From: Macrostomum lignano
Lineage: Eukaryota
Reading direction: 5' to 3'
Assembly: GCA_002269645.1 (NCBI GenBank)
Contig: NIVC01004102.1
Span: 1 to 60,593 of the forward strand
DNA length: 60,593 nucleotides
The position numbers were made by a program, and so were the translations under genes. The notes under the pieces were generated by a model that made no database searches, had not been told where the DNA came from, and was given only the letters and a program-made list of their open reading frames with translations. Below are positions 37,390-48,039 of this stretch, in pieces. Position 1 is the stretch's first letter. Each line of letters begins with the position of its first letter.

Positions 37390-38817
37390 TCAAGGCCCGA
37401 TTCGGGTCACCTGGAAGAAGTTGAGTCGTTTGCGGTACACGTAGATCTGGAAGTCGTCGCTGTACTGGACGCTGTCCAGACGGAGCAGGGCCACCTGGAT
37501 CTGCTCCCCTGCCGTGAGTCGCAGCACGCCCACCGTCAGACAGGTGAGCGGGTGCTCCGCGCTCAGCACTCTGCCAGCGGTGACCACCTTGTCTTGGACT
37601 CTCAGGGCGCATTCCATTGTCCTGGCGGCGAACTTGCCCGGCAGCCGCACCAGCAGCTGGGCGGTCACGTGATAGAGCCCGGACTGCAGCACCTTCAGCG
37701 CCGAGCTGTTGTCGGCCAGCTCGAATGTGTCGCCTGGCCATTTCTTAACAGAGGTTGGCGTCGGCGCCCAGGGGCCCACGACAATACGAGTGCTCGGATT
37801 CCATTCTGTCTCTGCAATTGAAGAATCATTGATTTTGTTAGTTTGTCTGTGCTAAATGGATTTTTCAAAGTTTTCAAACAATGAGAAGGACATGCTGCAG
37901 CTTACTAATAATAGTAATAATAATATTGATAATAATAATTATTGATTACACCTGCCCCAATTGGGCCAGATGTGCAACCGACAGCTCAGCCGCAGCCATT
38001 GGCTGTTCAGTCCAAGGACTGGGGGGGGGGTCGCCACTCACACCCTCAATTACCCCAGCTAATGCTGGCACCCATTTTACACCTGGGTGAACTGAAGCAA
38101 TGCAGAGTTAAGTGTCTTGCTCAATGACACAAATTGTTCCAGTGGGATCGGGAATCGAACCCCCGACCTTCAAGTCGTGAAACCGACGCTCTGACCACTA
38201 GGCTACAACCCCCTAGTAGCAAGCATGTACCTCAATTCCAAAAAGCCCACTTTCTACTAGCCCACTACCCAGGTCCAAAATTGATAAGGGATCAGAGTGG
38301 CAAAAGAGACGTCAATTGGTCGCTAACCTCTGCCGATGATGAAGGGGCAGGGGTGGTTTCTCTGAGTGCAGTTCGGCTCGCAAAGACTTCCATTCGGGGT
38401 CTCCGAGCACGAAGGCAGGCTGGCGTAGTTTAGTTCGAGCGAAACCTGCGGAAGAAGCGGATAAAATGACTTTCTTACTATATTTGTTGAAATCTGACAC
38501 AGCAAAGGCATCCCCCAAATCTCCGAGGGCCGCAGCCCAGTGGTTTGATGTCACATTAATTTGGGGCTGAATTGGAATCTCGGCTTGGCTCTGCTCGTGC
38601 AATTAACGCCCTAGGGGGCCAACCCAGGCCTAACGATAAATAAGTCAGGGGCAATGTGTGACAATGTTGCTTAAAGTGCCTGAATTCCAAATTTCCTATG
38701 TAAGAAAGCAAAGAGGCTGGTCACCATTTTCGATGCAGCCGGAGCCGCAGCCACCAGACTGAGGACCGCAGTCATCACCAGAACGCTCCTGATTGTGTCG
38801 AGCAGAATGCTGGGCAT
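37390..38817 (-). CDS. TNF-superfamily ligand-like paralog C, predicted secreted, 210 aa, 3 exons (38817-38725, 38445-38328, 37811-37390)
   Basis: Exon 1 is a 31-aa signal-peptide-like sequence MPSILLDTIRSVLVMTAVLSLVAAAPAASKM with donor ATG|gtgacc. Exon 2 VSLELNYASLPSC...GSLC is homologous to exon 2 of B. Exon 3 has LKVLQSGLYHVTAQL and LTCLTVGVLRLTAGEQI. Same intron phases (0, 1). Confidence 0.8.
37905..38213 (-). mobile_element. tRNA-headed CORE-like SINE in intron 2 of paralog C
   Basis: Minus strand: A box TAGCCTAGTGG, B box GGTTCGATTCC, then TTGTGTCATTGAGCAAGACACTTAAC...CAGTTCACCCAGGTGTAAAATGGG, resembling the MIR/CORE-SINE core, and a (TTA)n-like tail near 37905-37940. Confidence 0.8.
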
Positions 38818-38925
38818 TTTGACTGTTTGATCAATCAAATTTTCTAGCTGAACTATTTTTCTTTAGTAGTAGAGAATACTAAAAAACGGATATTCATGTC
38901 ACAGTTGAAACCATTTCGCGGCTGT

Positions 38926-38933
38926 TATTTATA
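38926..38933 (-). promoter_or_regulatory. TATA box (TATAAATA) of paralog C
   Basis: About 110 nt upstream of ATG 38817; supports this ATG as the start. Confidence 0.55.
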
Positions 38934-39219
38934 ATTCATCGTCGCACATCCGGTTGCGCCAGCCTCGCCCTGGGTTATAAAATTAGCAACAAGTCAGAAA
39001 TTCGCCTTAGCCTAAAATTCTAAATAAGCGATTTGCTAAAAAACTTGAGCCGAAAAAACATAAAAATGCAGTTGTTTTTTATTCTTTAAAATTATTTTTA
39101 ACTGAAATAATAATCCAGTGAATGTCTGACTGCTTAAAATAGGCTTGCAGACCTGAAAGTGTTGCGTTTTCCTGACTAGTTTAGCTGAAGCCGTCAGTCA
39201 ATCAATTTATCTATATATA

Positions 39220-40081
<862 letters not shown>

Positions 40082-40544
40082 GGTATTCCTCCATATTGAG
40101 AATATAAAAGAGAACTTCACTATTTGCTTCATCTTTCCTTTCATAGAAGAAGTATTCGCTGGGCATGAATGAATTTACGTGGGTGAAAATCTCAGACAAC
40201 GCACTAAAAATGTGCTCATATTTACTCCGCTCCCCAGATAGACGAGCGTACATCATTCTGTTTAAATTCGTTGTGCGATCTGCCGTACGCCAGGACAGTG
40301 TGCACAAGATTAGAATCTAAAAACGAGGTCGTCAGGGTAAAGAACTTCTACATGTATATTCTGTAATCGCCATTACAATATTGGACTGCAATAAAAAATT
40401 CCGCGGGCAAACCGCGACAAGTACTTCTTATCTAAAGAGATTTTATCACGCAGGAATTACGCGGACCTGCCAAATGACCCGATCTTCAGTGCTTGTGCCG
40501 GGTGCCCTTCATATTGGGTTTTCTTTGATCTTCAACTCTGAATC

Positions 40545-41590
40545 TCTGAATCTGTCTGCTATCTATCTGTCTCTCCTCTCCCATCTACCTGTCTCTGCTC
40601 TCTCATCTACCTGTCTCTGCTCTCCTATCTACCTGTCTCTGCTCTCTTATCTAGTCTCTCCTCTCCTATCTACCTGTCCCTCCTGTCCCATCTACCTGTC
40701 TCTCCTCTCCCATCTACCTGTCTCTGCTCTCTCATCTACCTGTCTCTGCTCTCTCATCTACCTGTCTCTGCTCTCTCATCTACCTGTCTCTGCTCTCTCA
40801 TCTACCTGTCTCTGCTCTCTCATCTACCTGTCTCTGCTCTCTCATCTACCTGTCTCTGCTCTCTTATCTAGTCTCTGCTCTCCTATCTACCTGTCTCTGC
40901 TCTCCTATCTACCTGTCTCTCCTCTCCTATCTACCTGTCCCTCCTGTCCCATCTACCTGTCTCTCCTCTCCCATCTACCTGTCTCTGCTCTCTCATCTAC
41001 CTGTCTCTGCTCTCTCATCTACCTGTCTCTGCTCTCCTATCTACCTGTCTCTGCTCTCCCATCTACCTTTCTCTGCTCTCTTATCTACCTGTCTCTGCTC
41101 TCCTATCTACCTGTCTCTCCTCTCCCATCTACCTGTCTCTCCTCTCCTATCTACCTGTCTCTCCTCTCCCATCTACCTGTCTCTCCTATCCCATCTACCT
41201 GTCTCTGCTCTCCCATCTACCTGTCTCTGCTCTCCCATCTACCTTTCTCTGCTCTCTTATCTACCTGTCTCTCATCTCCTATCTACCTGTCTCTCCTCTC
41301 CTATCTACCTGTCTCTCCTCTCCTATCTACCTGTCCCTCCTGTCCCATCTACCTGTCTCTCCTCTCCCATCTACCTGTCTCTTCTCTCCCATCTACCTGT
41401 CCCTCCTGTCCCATCTACCTGTCTCTCCTCTCCCATGTACCTGTCTCTGCTCTCCCATCTACCTGTCTCTGCTCTCCCATCTACCTTTCTCTGCTCTCTT
41501 ATCTACCTGTCTCTGCTCTCCCATCTACCTTTCTCTGCTCTCTTATCTACCTGTCTCTCATCTCCTATCCACCTGTCTCTCCTGTCCCAT
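40545..41590. repeat. CT-rich, about 22-bp degenerate minisatellite (CTACCTGTCTCTGCTCTCTCAT)
   Basis: Directly visible; almost purely pyrimidine on the + strand. Confidence 0.92.
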
Positions 41591-41839
41591 TCTTCATATT
41601 TACCGTTACAAATTTCAATTGCGAACAATATGAGCTTAAGCCAGCAGGTTGTATTGCTGAAAAAATAGCAGCATTCGCGACTTGTATTTCGTTATATGAA
41701 AATTATTAAAGACATGCAGTTAAAAAATAAGGTTGATAAAATTGGTTAGAAATCGGAAAGTATAAAACAGATGAGCTATATAATCTATTAGCAACCGAAT
41801 CATAGATGGGATGGAAGCCATCAACAAATGGTTTCCCAG

Positions 41840-42634
41840 TCAAGCCATAGCAACTACTTTAATGAAGGTGCTGGACTCGGTGACCTGCAGCTCCTGGCCG
41901 CTGAGCAGCAGCAGCAGCAGGGAGAGCCGATCTCCGGCCTTCAGTCTGACGAAGCTGTTCACCTGGCAGAGGAGAACAACTGACTTGGCTGGGACAGACC
42001 AGCTCTTGTCCTCGCAGATGACATTGCTCAGCGAGCCATTGACAGCCAGGCCGCCAGACAGCTGGAGGTAGCCAGTGCGGAATCGAACCCGGGCCCGCGC
42101 GTTCACGGCGTAAACTCCGTCTCGACGAACGAGAATCTCCTTGCCATTGTTGGTCAGCGCCAGGTCCTCGGTGGGCTCCCCGATCTGCCTGAGCGGCCCC
42201 AGACTGCCGAAGGTCATCAGCCGTCTGCCAGTCCAGCAGGGCTGCCTGCGGCTGTCAGGCCCGTTGCCATGGCAACTGGCGGTTTTGCTCAGGTCAAGCA
42301 CGAACTTGGCTAGCTGGGCTGTTGGTCGAACTTTCAGTGGTTGCTGGCTCAGCTCGCGAATCTTCATCATGTTAATGACGGTTAGTACAATTAGGATGGG
42401 AAAACCAGCGGCCAGAATGACCTTCAATAGAAGGCAAAAATGCTTCTTGCATCCCTTCTGTACTCGGCTGGACCATGGCTTGTCTGACGCTTGCTCAGAC
42501 GGCTCGGGCCCATTGTTAATAGTCAGGTCAGTGTACACCTGGTTGTCCAGGCACTTGTCCACGGCACCATCCGAGCTGCTGTAGACCTCATTGTCCACAG
42601 ACTGTTGCGGTGCCAGAGTTCTCGGTTGATGCAT
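41840..42634 (-). CDS. TNF-superfamily ligand-like paralog D, intronless, type II membrane, 264 aa
   Basis: Single ORF. TM FCLLLKVILAAGFPILIVLTVI. Motifs ILVRRDGVYAV, VIC...LLCQVNSFVRLKAGDRLSL, STFIKVV. Confidence 0.88.
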   Translation of the reverse strand: MHQPRTLAPQQSVDNEVYSSSDGAVDKCLDNQVYTDLTINNGPEPSEQASDKPWSSRVQKGCKKHFCLLLKVILAAGFPILIVLTVINMMKIRELSQQPLKVRPTAQLAKFVLDLSKTASCHGNGPDSRRQPCWTGRRLMTFGSLGPLRQIGEPTEDLALTNNGKEILVRRDGVYAVNARARVRFRTGYLQLSGGLAVNGSLSNVICEDKSWSVPAKSVVLLCQVNSFVRLKAGDRLSLLLLLLSGQELQVTESSTFIKVVAMA

Positions 42635-42694
42635 TATTCACCTGTTGCTCGGATTGAAACAATTGAATGAATACCTGGCTTGCTCCACTACCCG

Positions 42695-42702
42695 TATTTA
42701 TA
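42695..42702 (-). promoter_or_regulatory. TATA box (TATAAATA) of paralog D
   Basis: About 60 nt upstream of ATG 42634. Confidence 0.6.
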
Positions 42703-42864
42703 GCCAAGCCAGACGTTCCCACGGGCAGGCCAAAAACACACTGTTCCTTGTTATGACACACAGCTGGGCGAGTAGGGCAGGCATATTTTGGTAGCTACCG
42801 CTTCTAATTTTAGGTCTGCTCGGGGCAGCTCGCGGTTATTCCAGGGGTGCCCAATTCGGCTCTT

Positions 42865-44035
42865 GTTGTGTGTCTCAGTGTGTGTCTTAATGTGTGTCTT
42901 AATGTGTGTCTTAATGTGTGTCTTAATGTGTGTCTTAATGTGTGCCTCAGTGTGTGTCTCAGTGTGTGTCTTAATGTGTGTCTTAATGTGTGTCTTAATG
43001 TGTGTCTTAATGTGTGTCTTAATGTGAGTCTTAATGTGTGTCTTAATGTGTGTCTTAATGTGTGTCTTAATGTGTGTCTTAATGTGAGTCTTAATGTGTG
43101 TCTTAATGTGTGTCTTAATGTGTGCCTCAGTGTGTGTCTCAGTGTGTGCCTCAGTGTGTGTCTTAATGTGTGTCTTAATGTGTGTCTTAATGTGTGTCTT
43201 AATGTGTGTCTTAATGTGTCTCTTAATGTGTGTCTTAATGTGTGTCTTAATGTGTGTCTTAATGTGTGTCTTAATGTGAGTCTTAATGTGTGTCTTAATG
43301 TGTGTCTTAATGTGTGTCTTAATGTGTGTCTTAATGTGAGTCTTAATGTGTGTCTTAATGTGTGTCTTAATGTGTGCCTCAGTGTGTGTCTCAGTGTGTG
43401 TCTTAATGTGTGTCTTAATGTGTGTCTTAATGTGTGTCTCAGTGTGTGTCTTAATGTGTGTCTTAATGTGTGTCTCAGTGTGTGTCTTCATGTGTGTCTT
43501 AATGTGTGTCTTAATGTGTGTCTTAATGTGTGTCTCAGTGTGTGTCTTAATGTGTGTCTTAATGTGTGTCTCAGTGTGTGTCTTAATGTGTGTCTTAATG
43601 TGTGTCTTAATGTGTGTCTTAATGTGTGTCTTAATGTGTGTCTTAATGTGTGTCTTAATGTGTGTCTTAATGTGTGTCTTAACGTGTGTCTTAATGTGTG
43701 TCTTAATGTGTGTCTTAATGTGTGTCTTAATGTGTGTCTTAATGTGTGTCTTAATGTGTGTCTTAATGTGTGTCTTAATGTGTGTCTTAATGTGTGTCTT
43801 AATGTGTGTCTTAATGTGTGTCTTAATGTGTGTCTCAGTTTGTGTCTTAATGTGTGTCTTAATGTGTGTCTTAATGTGTGTCTTAATGTGTGTCTCAGTT
43901 TGTGTCTTATTGTGTGTCTTAATGTGTCTCAGTGTGTGTCTTAATGTGTGTCTTAATGTGTGTCTCAGTGTGTGTCTCATTGTGTGTCTCAGTGTGTGTC
44001 TCAGTTTGTGTCTCAGTGTGTGTCTCAGTGTGTGC
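42865..44035. repeat. 12-bp satellite (TGTGTGTCTTAA)
   Basis: Directly visible; variants CTCA-G. Confidence 0.97.
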
Positions 44036-44377
44036 ACCCAAGAGACTCCGAGTCGCTGACAGACCCCGAGAAAAGCAATCAACAAAAGCAAACTATGAAA
44101 TTTTAATTTTGCTTTGTGTGATACTTCCAAATTTCTATTCCAGAGTAGATCTAGTGCTATTTTTAGCTCCTGACTAGAGACACGCGGGTTTCCCACGGAC
44201 TGAACATTACTCATCGTGGCATAGAAAGGTAAGAGAAAAGTGTATAGTTTTTTCGTTTCACTAACGTGAGAGTAGCGCTTGGCGCAGCGCAGCAAAGGGG
44301 GATGTTTGCAGCAAGTGTCTGTTAGCGCATTGCACTCTTAAGGAGCAATTTTAGAGACACAGGAACCGGATACGAGA

Positions 44378-45865
44378 CCAGGGGCGTCTATAGATTTTAT
44401 GGAGGGGGGACAAAGCCAAGAATTCTACATGTACATGTACATTATTTTCAGAATCGGTGTTGTCAGCGCTCATTTTGGCGCCGCAGTCACTTATTTTAGC
44501 GCCACATGTACTCATTTTGGCGCCTAAGGCACTCATTTTGGCGCCTAAGGCACTCATTTTGGCGCCTAAGGCACTCATTTTGGCGCCTAAGGCACTCATT
44601 TTAGCGCCTAAGGCACTCATTTTGGCGCCGCAGGCACTCATTTTGGCACCGCAGGCACTCATTTTGGCGCCTAAGGCACTCATTTTGGCACCGCAGACAC
44701 TCATTTTGGCGCCGCAGACACTCATTTTAGCGCCACAGGCACTCATTTTAGCGCCGCAGGCACTCATTTTAGCGCCGCAGGCACTCATTTTGGCGCCGCA
44801 GGCACTCATTTTGGCGCCACAGGCACTTATTTTGGCGCCTAAGGCACTCATTTTGGCACCGCAGACACTCATTTTGGCGCCGCAGACACTCATTTTAGCG
44901 CCGCAGACTTTCATTTTGGCGCCGCAGGCACTCATTTTGGCGCCGCAGACACTCATTTTAGCGCCACAGACACTCATTTTGGCGCCACAGGCACTCATTT
45001 TGGCGCCACAGGCACTCATTTTGGCGCCGCAGGCACTCATTTTAGCGCCGCAGGCACTCATTTTGGCGCCGCAGGCACTTATTTTGGCGCCTCAGGCACT
45101 CATTTTAGCGCCGCAGACACTCATTTTGGCACCGCAGACACTCATTTTAGCGCCGCAGACACTCATTTTAGCGCCACAGACACTCATTTTAGCGCCGCAG
45201 ACACTCATTTTGGCGCCGCAGACACTCATTTTAGCGCCGCAGACTCTCATTTTGGCGCCGCAGGCACTCATTTTGGCGCCACAGGCACTTTTTTTGGCGC
45301 CTCAGGCACTCATTTTAACGCCGCAGGCACTTATTTTAGCGCCGCAGACACTTATTTTGGCGCCGCAGACACTCATTTTGGCGCCGCAGACACTCATTTT
45401 AGCGCCGCAGACTCTCATTTTAGCGCCGCAGACACTCATTTTGGCCCCTAAGGCACTCATTTTAACGCCGCAGGCACTTATTTTAGCGCCGCAGACACTC
45501 ATTTTGGCGCCGCAGACACTCATTTTGGCGCCGCAGACACTCATTTTAGCGCCGCAGACTCTCATTTTGGCGCCGCAGGCACTTATTTTGGCGCCTCAGG
45601 CACTCATTTTGGCGCCTCAGACACTCATTTTAGCGCCGCAGACACTCATTTTAGCGCCGCAGACACTCATTTTGGCGCCACAGGCACTCATTTTGGCGCC
45701 ACAGGCACTCATTTTAGCGCCGCAGGCACTCATTTTGACGCCGCAGACACTCATTTTGGCGCCGCAGGCACTCATTTTGGCGCCTCAGAAACTATGCCCC
45801 CCATATCTTTTGCTGGGGGGGGGGGACATGCCCCCCTGTCCCCGTCCCGGTGGCGACGCCCCTGG
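44378..45865. mobile_element. MITE-like element with 11-bp TIR CCAGGGGCGTC / GACGCCCCTGG enclosing a 21-bp satellite
   Basis: Perfect TIRs at 44378-44388 and 45855-45865, with subterminal GGGGGACA / TGTCCCC. No TSD recognised. Confidence 0.7.
44455..45788. repeat. 21-bp satellite (GCAGGCACTCATTTTGGCGCC), about 63 copies
   Basis: Directly visible; 7-aa period in the ORF track. Confidence 0.97.
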
Positions 45866-46166
45866 ATAATGCATGACTGAATGAGCAACTCACTGTCAAG
45901 CGCTGTCAATTGGTAACTGAGGCATCCCAGCAAGGTTTGTCAATAGCATGAATGAAATCGTTTATTCAAATATCTCAATTGTCAATAACACAAGCTTCAA
46001 TGAATTAAATTTTACAACAAAATGTACACATAACAAAATAGCTTGGCATTTAAACAAAATTTGGCGCAAATTTAACATTTTGTTCAAGTAAATAGCTAAA
46101 AAAAATCCTGAGGCTGCCCAAATTTGTATTTAATATTCTAATTGATCAACTTAGGTTAATGTGTCT

Positions 46167-46919
46167 TCAGCCCAGCTTCACCAGCCTGATGAAGCTGCTG
46201 CCGGTTTGGCTGAGCACGGGCTGGACTTTGAACAGCTCCAGCCTCACGGCCAGCTGGTCTCCGGCTTGAAATTTTGCAAACCCGTTCAGCCGGCAGGTGA
46301 CGGTGCGCCTTGCAGACTTCTCCTGGCTGGTGGCCAGGGCGGCCGGGGTTCGCTCCCCGCAGAACAGTTTGCTTGGCAACCCGTTGACCTCCAGGTGACC
46401 CCTCAGCGTCGGGTGGCTGCCATCCAGCTTCACCCGCACCTGCGCGTCGATGGCGAACACGCCGTCCTGCAACAGGCGGACTTTGCGCCGGTCCTCCGTC
46501 AGGGCGAAGCCGTCGCCGCTGAGCTGGCGCAGCGGGCCCAAGTCGCCCGAGGTCAGGTAGCTGCCGCCCTGCCAGCAGGGCTGCTGCGAGTTCGGGCCGC
46601 AGTTGCCAGGGGAGGACTCGGTGTCCAGGGCGAACTCGGCAAATCGCACACCTGATGGGCGCTGCGAATCCGTGGACAGCTGAGCGGCCAGCAACTGCCG
46701 TCCGCCGCCGCGGCCACTGTCGGCACCAGACTTCTCGACACCCCTCTGAGCAGCGAAGGCCAGTCCAAGGATGAAGCCAGCAGCCAGCAGCAGCAGCAGC
46801 AGCAGCACGCCTGAGGCAGTCGCCAGTGCCGGTGGAAGTTGCCTTCGATGGCCGGTTGCCGTGGGATCTGCTCCGAGCTCGACACCCGATGCAGTCTCAA
46901 TCAGCTGATTGGAAGCCAT
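46167..46919 (-). CDS. TNF-superfamily ligand-like paralog E, intronless, type II membrane, 250 aa
   Basis: Single ORF. TM VLLLLLLLAAGFILGLAFA. Motifs VRLLQDGVFAIDAQV, LFC...VTCRLNGFAKFQAGDQLAV, SSFIRLV. Shares the QPCW..G..LGPLRQ block with D. Confidence 0.88.
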   Translation of the reverse strand: MASNQLIETASGVELGADPTATGHRRQLPPALATASGVLLLLLLLAAGFILGLAFAAQRGVEKSGADSGRGGGRQLLAAQLSTDSQRPSGVRFAEFALDTESSPGNCGPNSQQPCWQGGSYLTSGDLGPLRQLSGDGFALTEDRRKVRLLQDGVFAIDAQVRVKLDGSHPTLRGHLEVNGLPSKLFCGERTPAALATSQEKSARRTVTCRLNGFAKFQAGDQLAVRLELFKVQPVLSQTGSSFIRLVKLG

Positions 46920-46988
46920 GATGATGATGACTCTGGCGGCTGAACTTTGTGGAAGGTTTAAAGCAGCAATGCTAAAAACTTTTGCAGG

Positions 46989-46996
46989 TATTTATA
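46989..46996 (-). promoter_or_regulatory. TATA box (TATAAATA) of paralog E
   Basis: About 70 nt upstream of ATG 46919. Confidence 0.6.
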
Positions 46997-47303
46997 CAGA
47001 TTGTTGCGAATCCAGTGATGCACTTGGTCTGCAAGACAGTTGGAATCGCGGTCTGAATTGAATGTGTGTAAAATTCTAAAAATAGAACGGATTTAGATTA
47101 AAAAAACCACACGTGTTGTTTAGTTTAGGTGGGCGTCCGCCCGCCACCCACGAGGTGGCTTAGTTGATGAACTAAGAAATTAAGTTATTTCTGCTTCCTG
47201 CATGGCGTAACCATCCTCGAATGTTGAGTGACCACACACTGAGCTCAGCTGTACAGCTTTAATAATTTAACTATTTTTTGGAGAAAATTTGGAGACCACT
47301 CTA

Positions 47304-47655
47304 AACCTTCACTGGATGCCACTACCCTCCCCTGATCCTTCACTGGATGCCGCTACCCTTCCCTGATCCTAAACTGGATGCCGCTACCCTTCCCTGATCC
47401 TTCACTGGATGCCGCTACCCTTCCCTGATCCTAAACTGGATGCCGCTACCCTCCCCTGATCCTTCACTGGATGCCGCTACCCTTCCCTGATCCTAAACTG
47501 GATGCCGCTACCCTCCCCTGATCCTTCACTGGATGCCGCTACCCTTCCCTGATCCTAAACTGGATGCCGCTACCCTTCCCTGATCCTTCACTGCATGCCG
47601 CTACCCTCCCCTGATCCTTCACTGGATGCCGCTACCCTCCTCTGACCCTTCACAA
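47304..47655. repeat. 31-bp minisatellite with alternating TTC/TAA variants (62-bp dimer)
   Basis: CCTTCACTGGATGCCGCTACCCTTCCCTGAT alternates with CCTAAACTGGATGCCGCTACCCTTCCCTGAT. Confidence 0.9.
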
Positions 47656-48039
47656 GGTGTTGCGCTACCCTAAGAACCTAACTTGTTATAAAAATTGTAA
47701 AATATAATTACAGTTTACGCCAGTGCCTTTACCAAGAAGTTCAAATCGTATTAATTTCATATTTTAACCGGAAAACGGCCCGAGAATTCAGCCATGAACG
47801 CAATCTGCACTCTCTGATATTCCGGATGCGGTTTAAGGACGCGAAGGGAAACAGTAGCAGAATGCCTCGGAATTGGCGGCCCAGTTCTTGGCCAGGAAAA
47901 CTTGTGCTAGCGAAACACGCGGACTATGCGTCATACAGTTTAACAATGTCAGTGAGACACGGATGGGGTGCACAAGCGGAGTGCGGGCACGGGGGTAGAG
48001 AGAAAGGCCCAGGACAGATACTGAGACAGACACTGAGAT

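Noticed and set aside
38140-38213. Possible tRNA gene
   Set aside because: The D and anticodon arms are non-canonical, and it continues directly into a CORE-like segment and simple-repeat tail; it is a SINE head.
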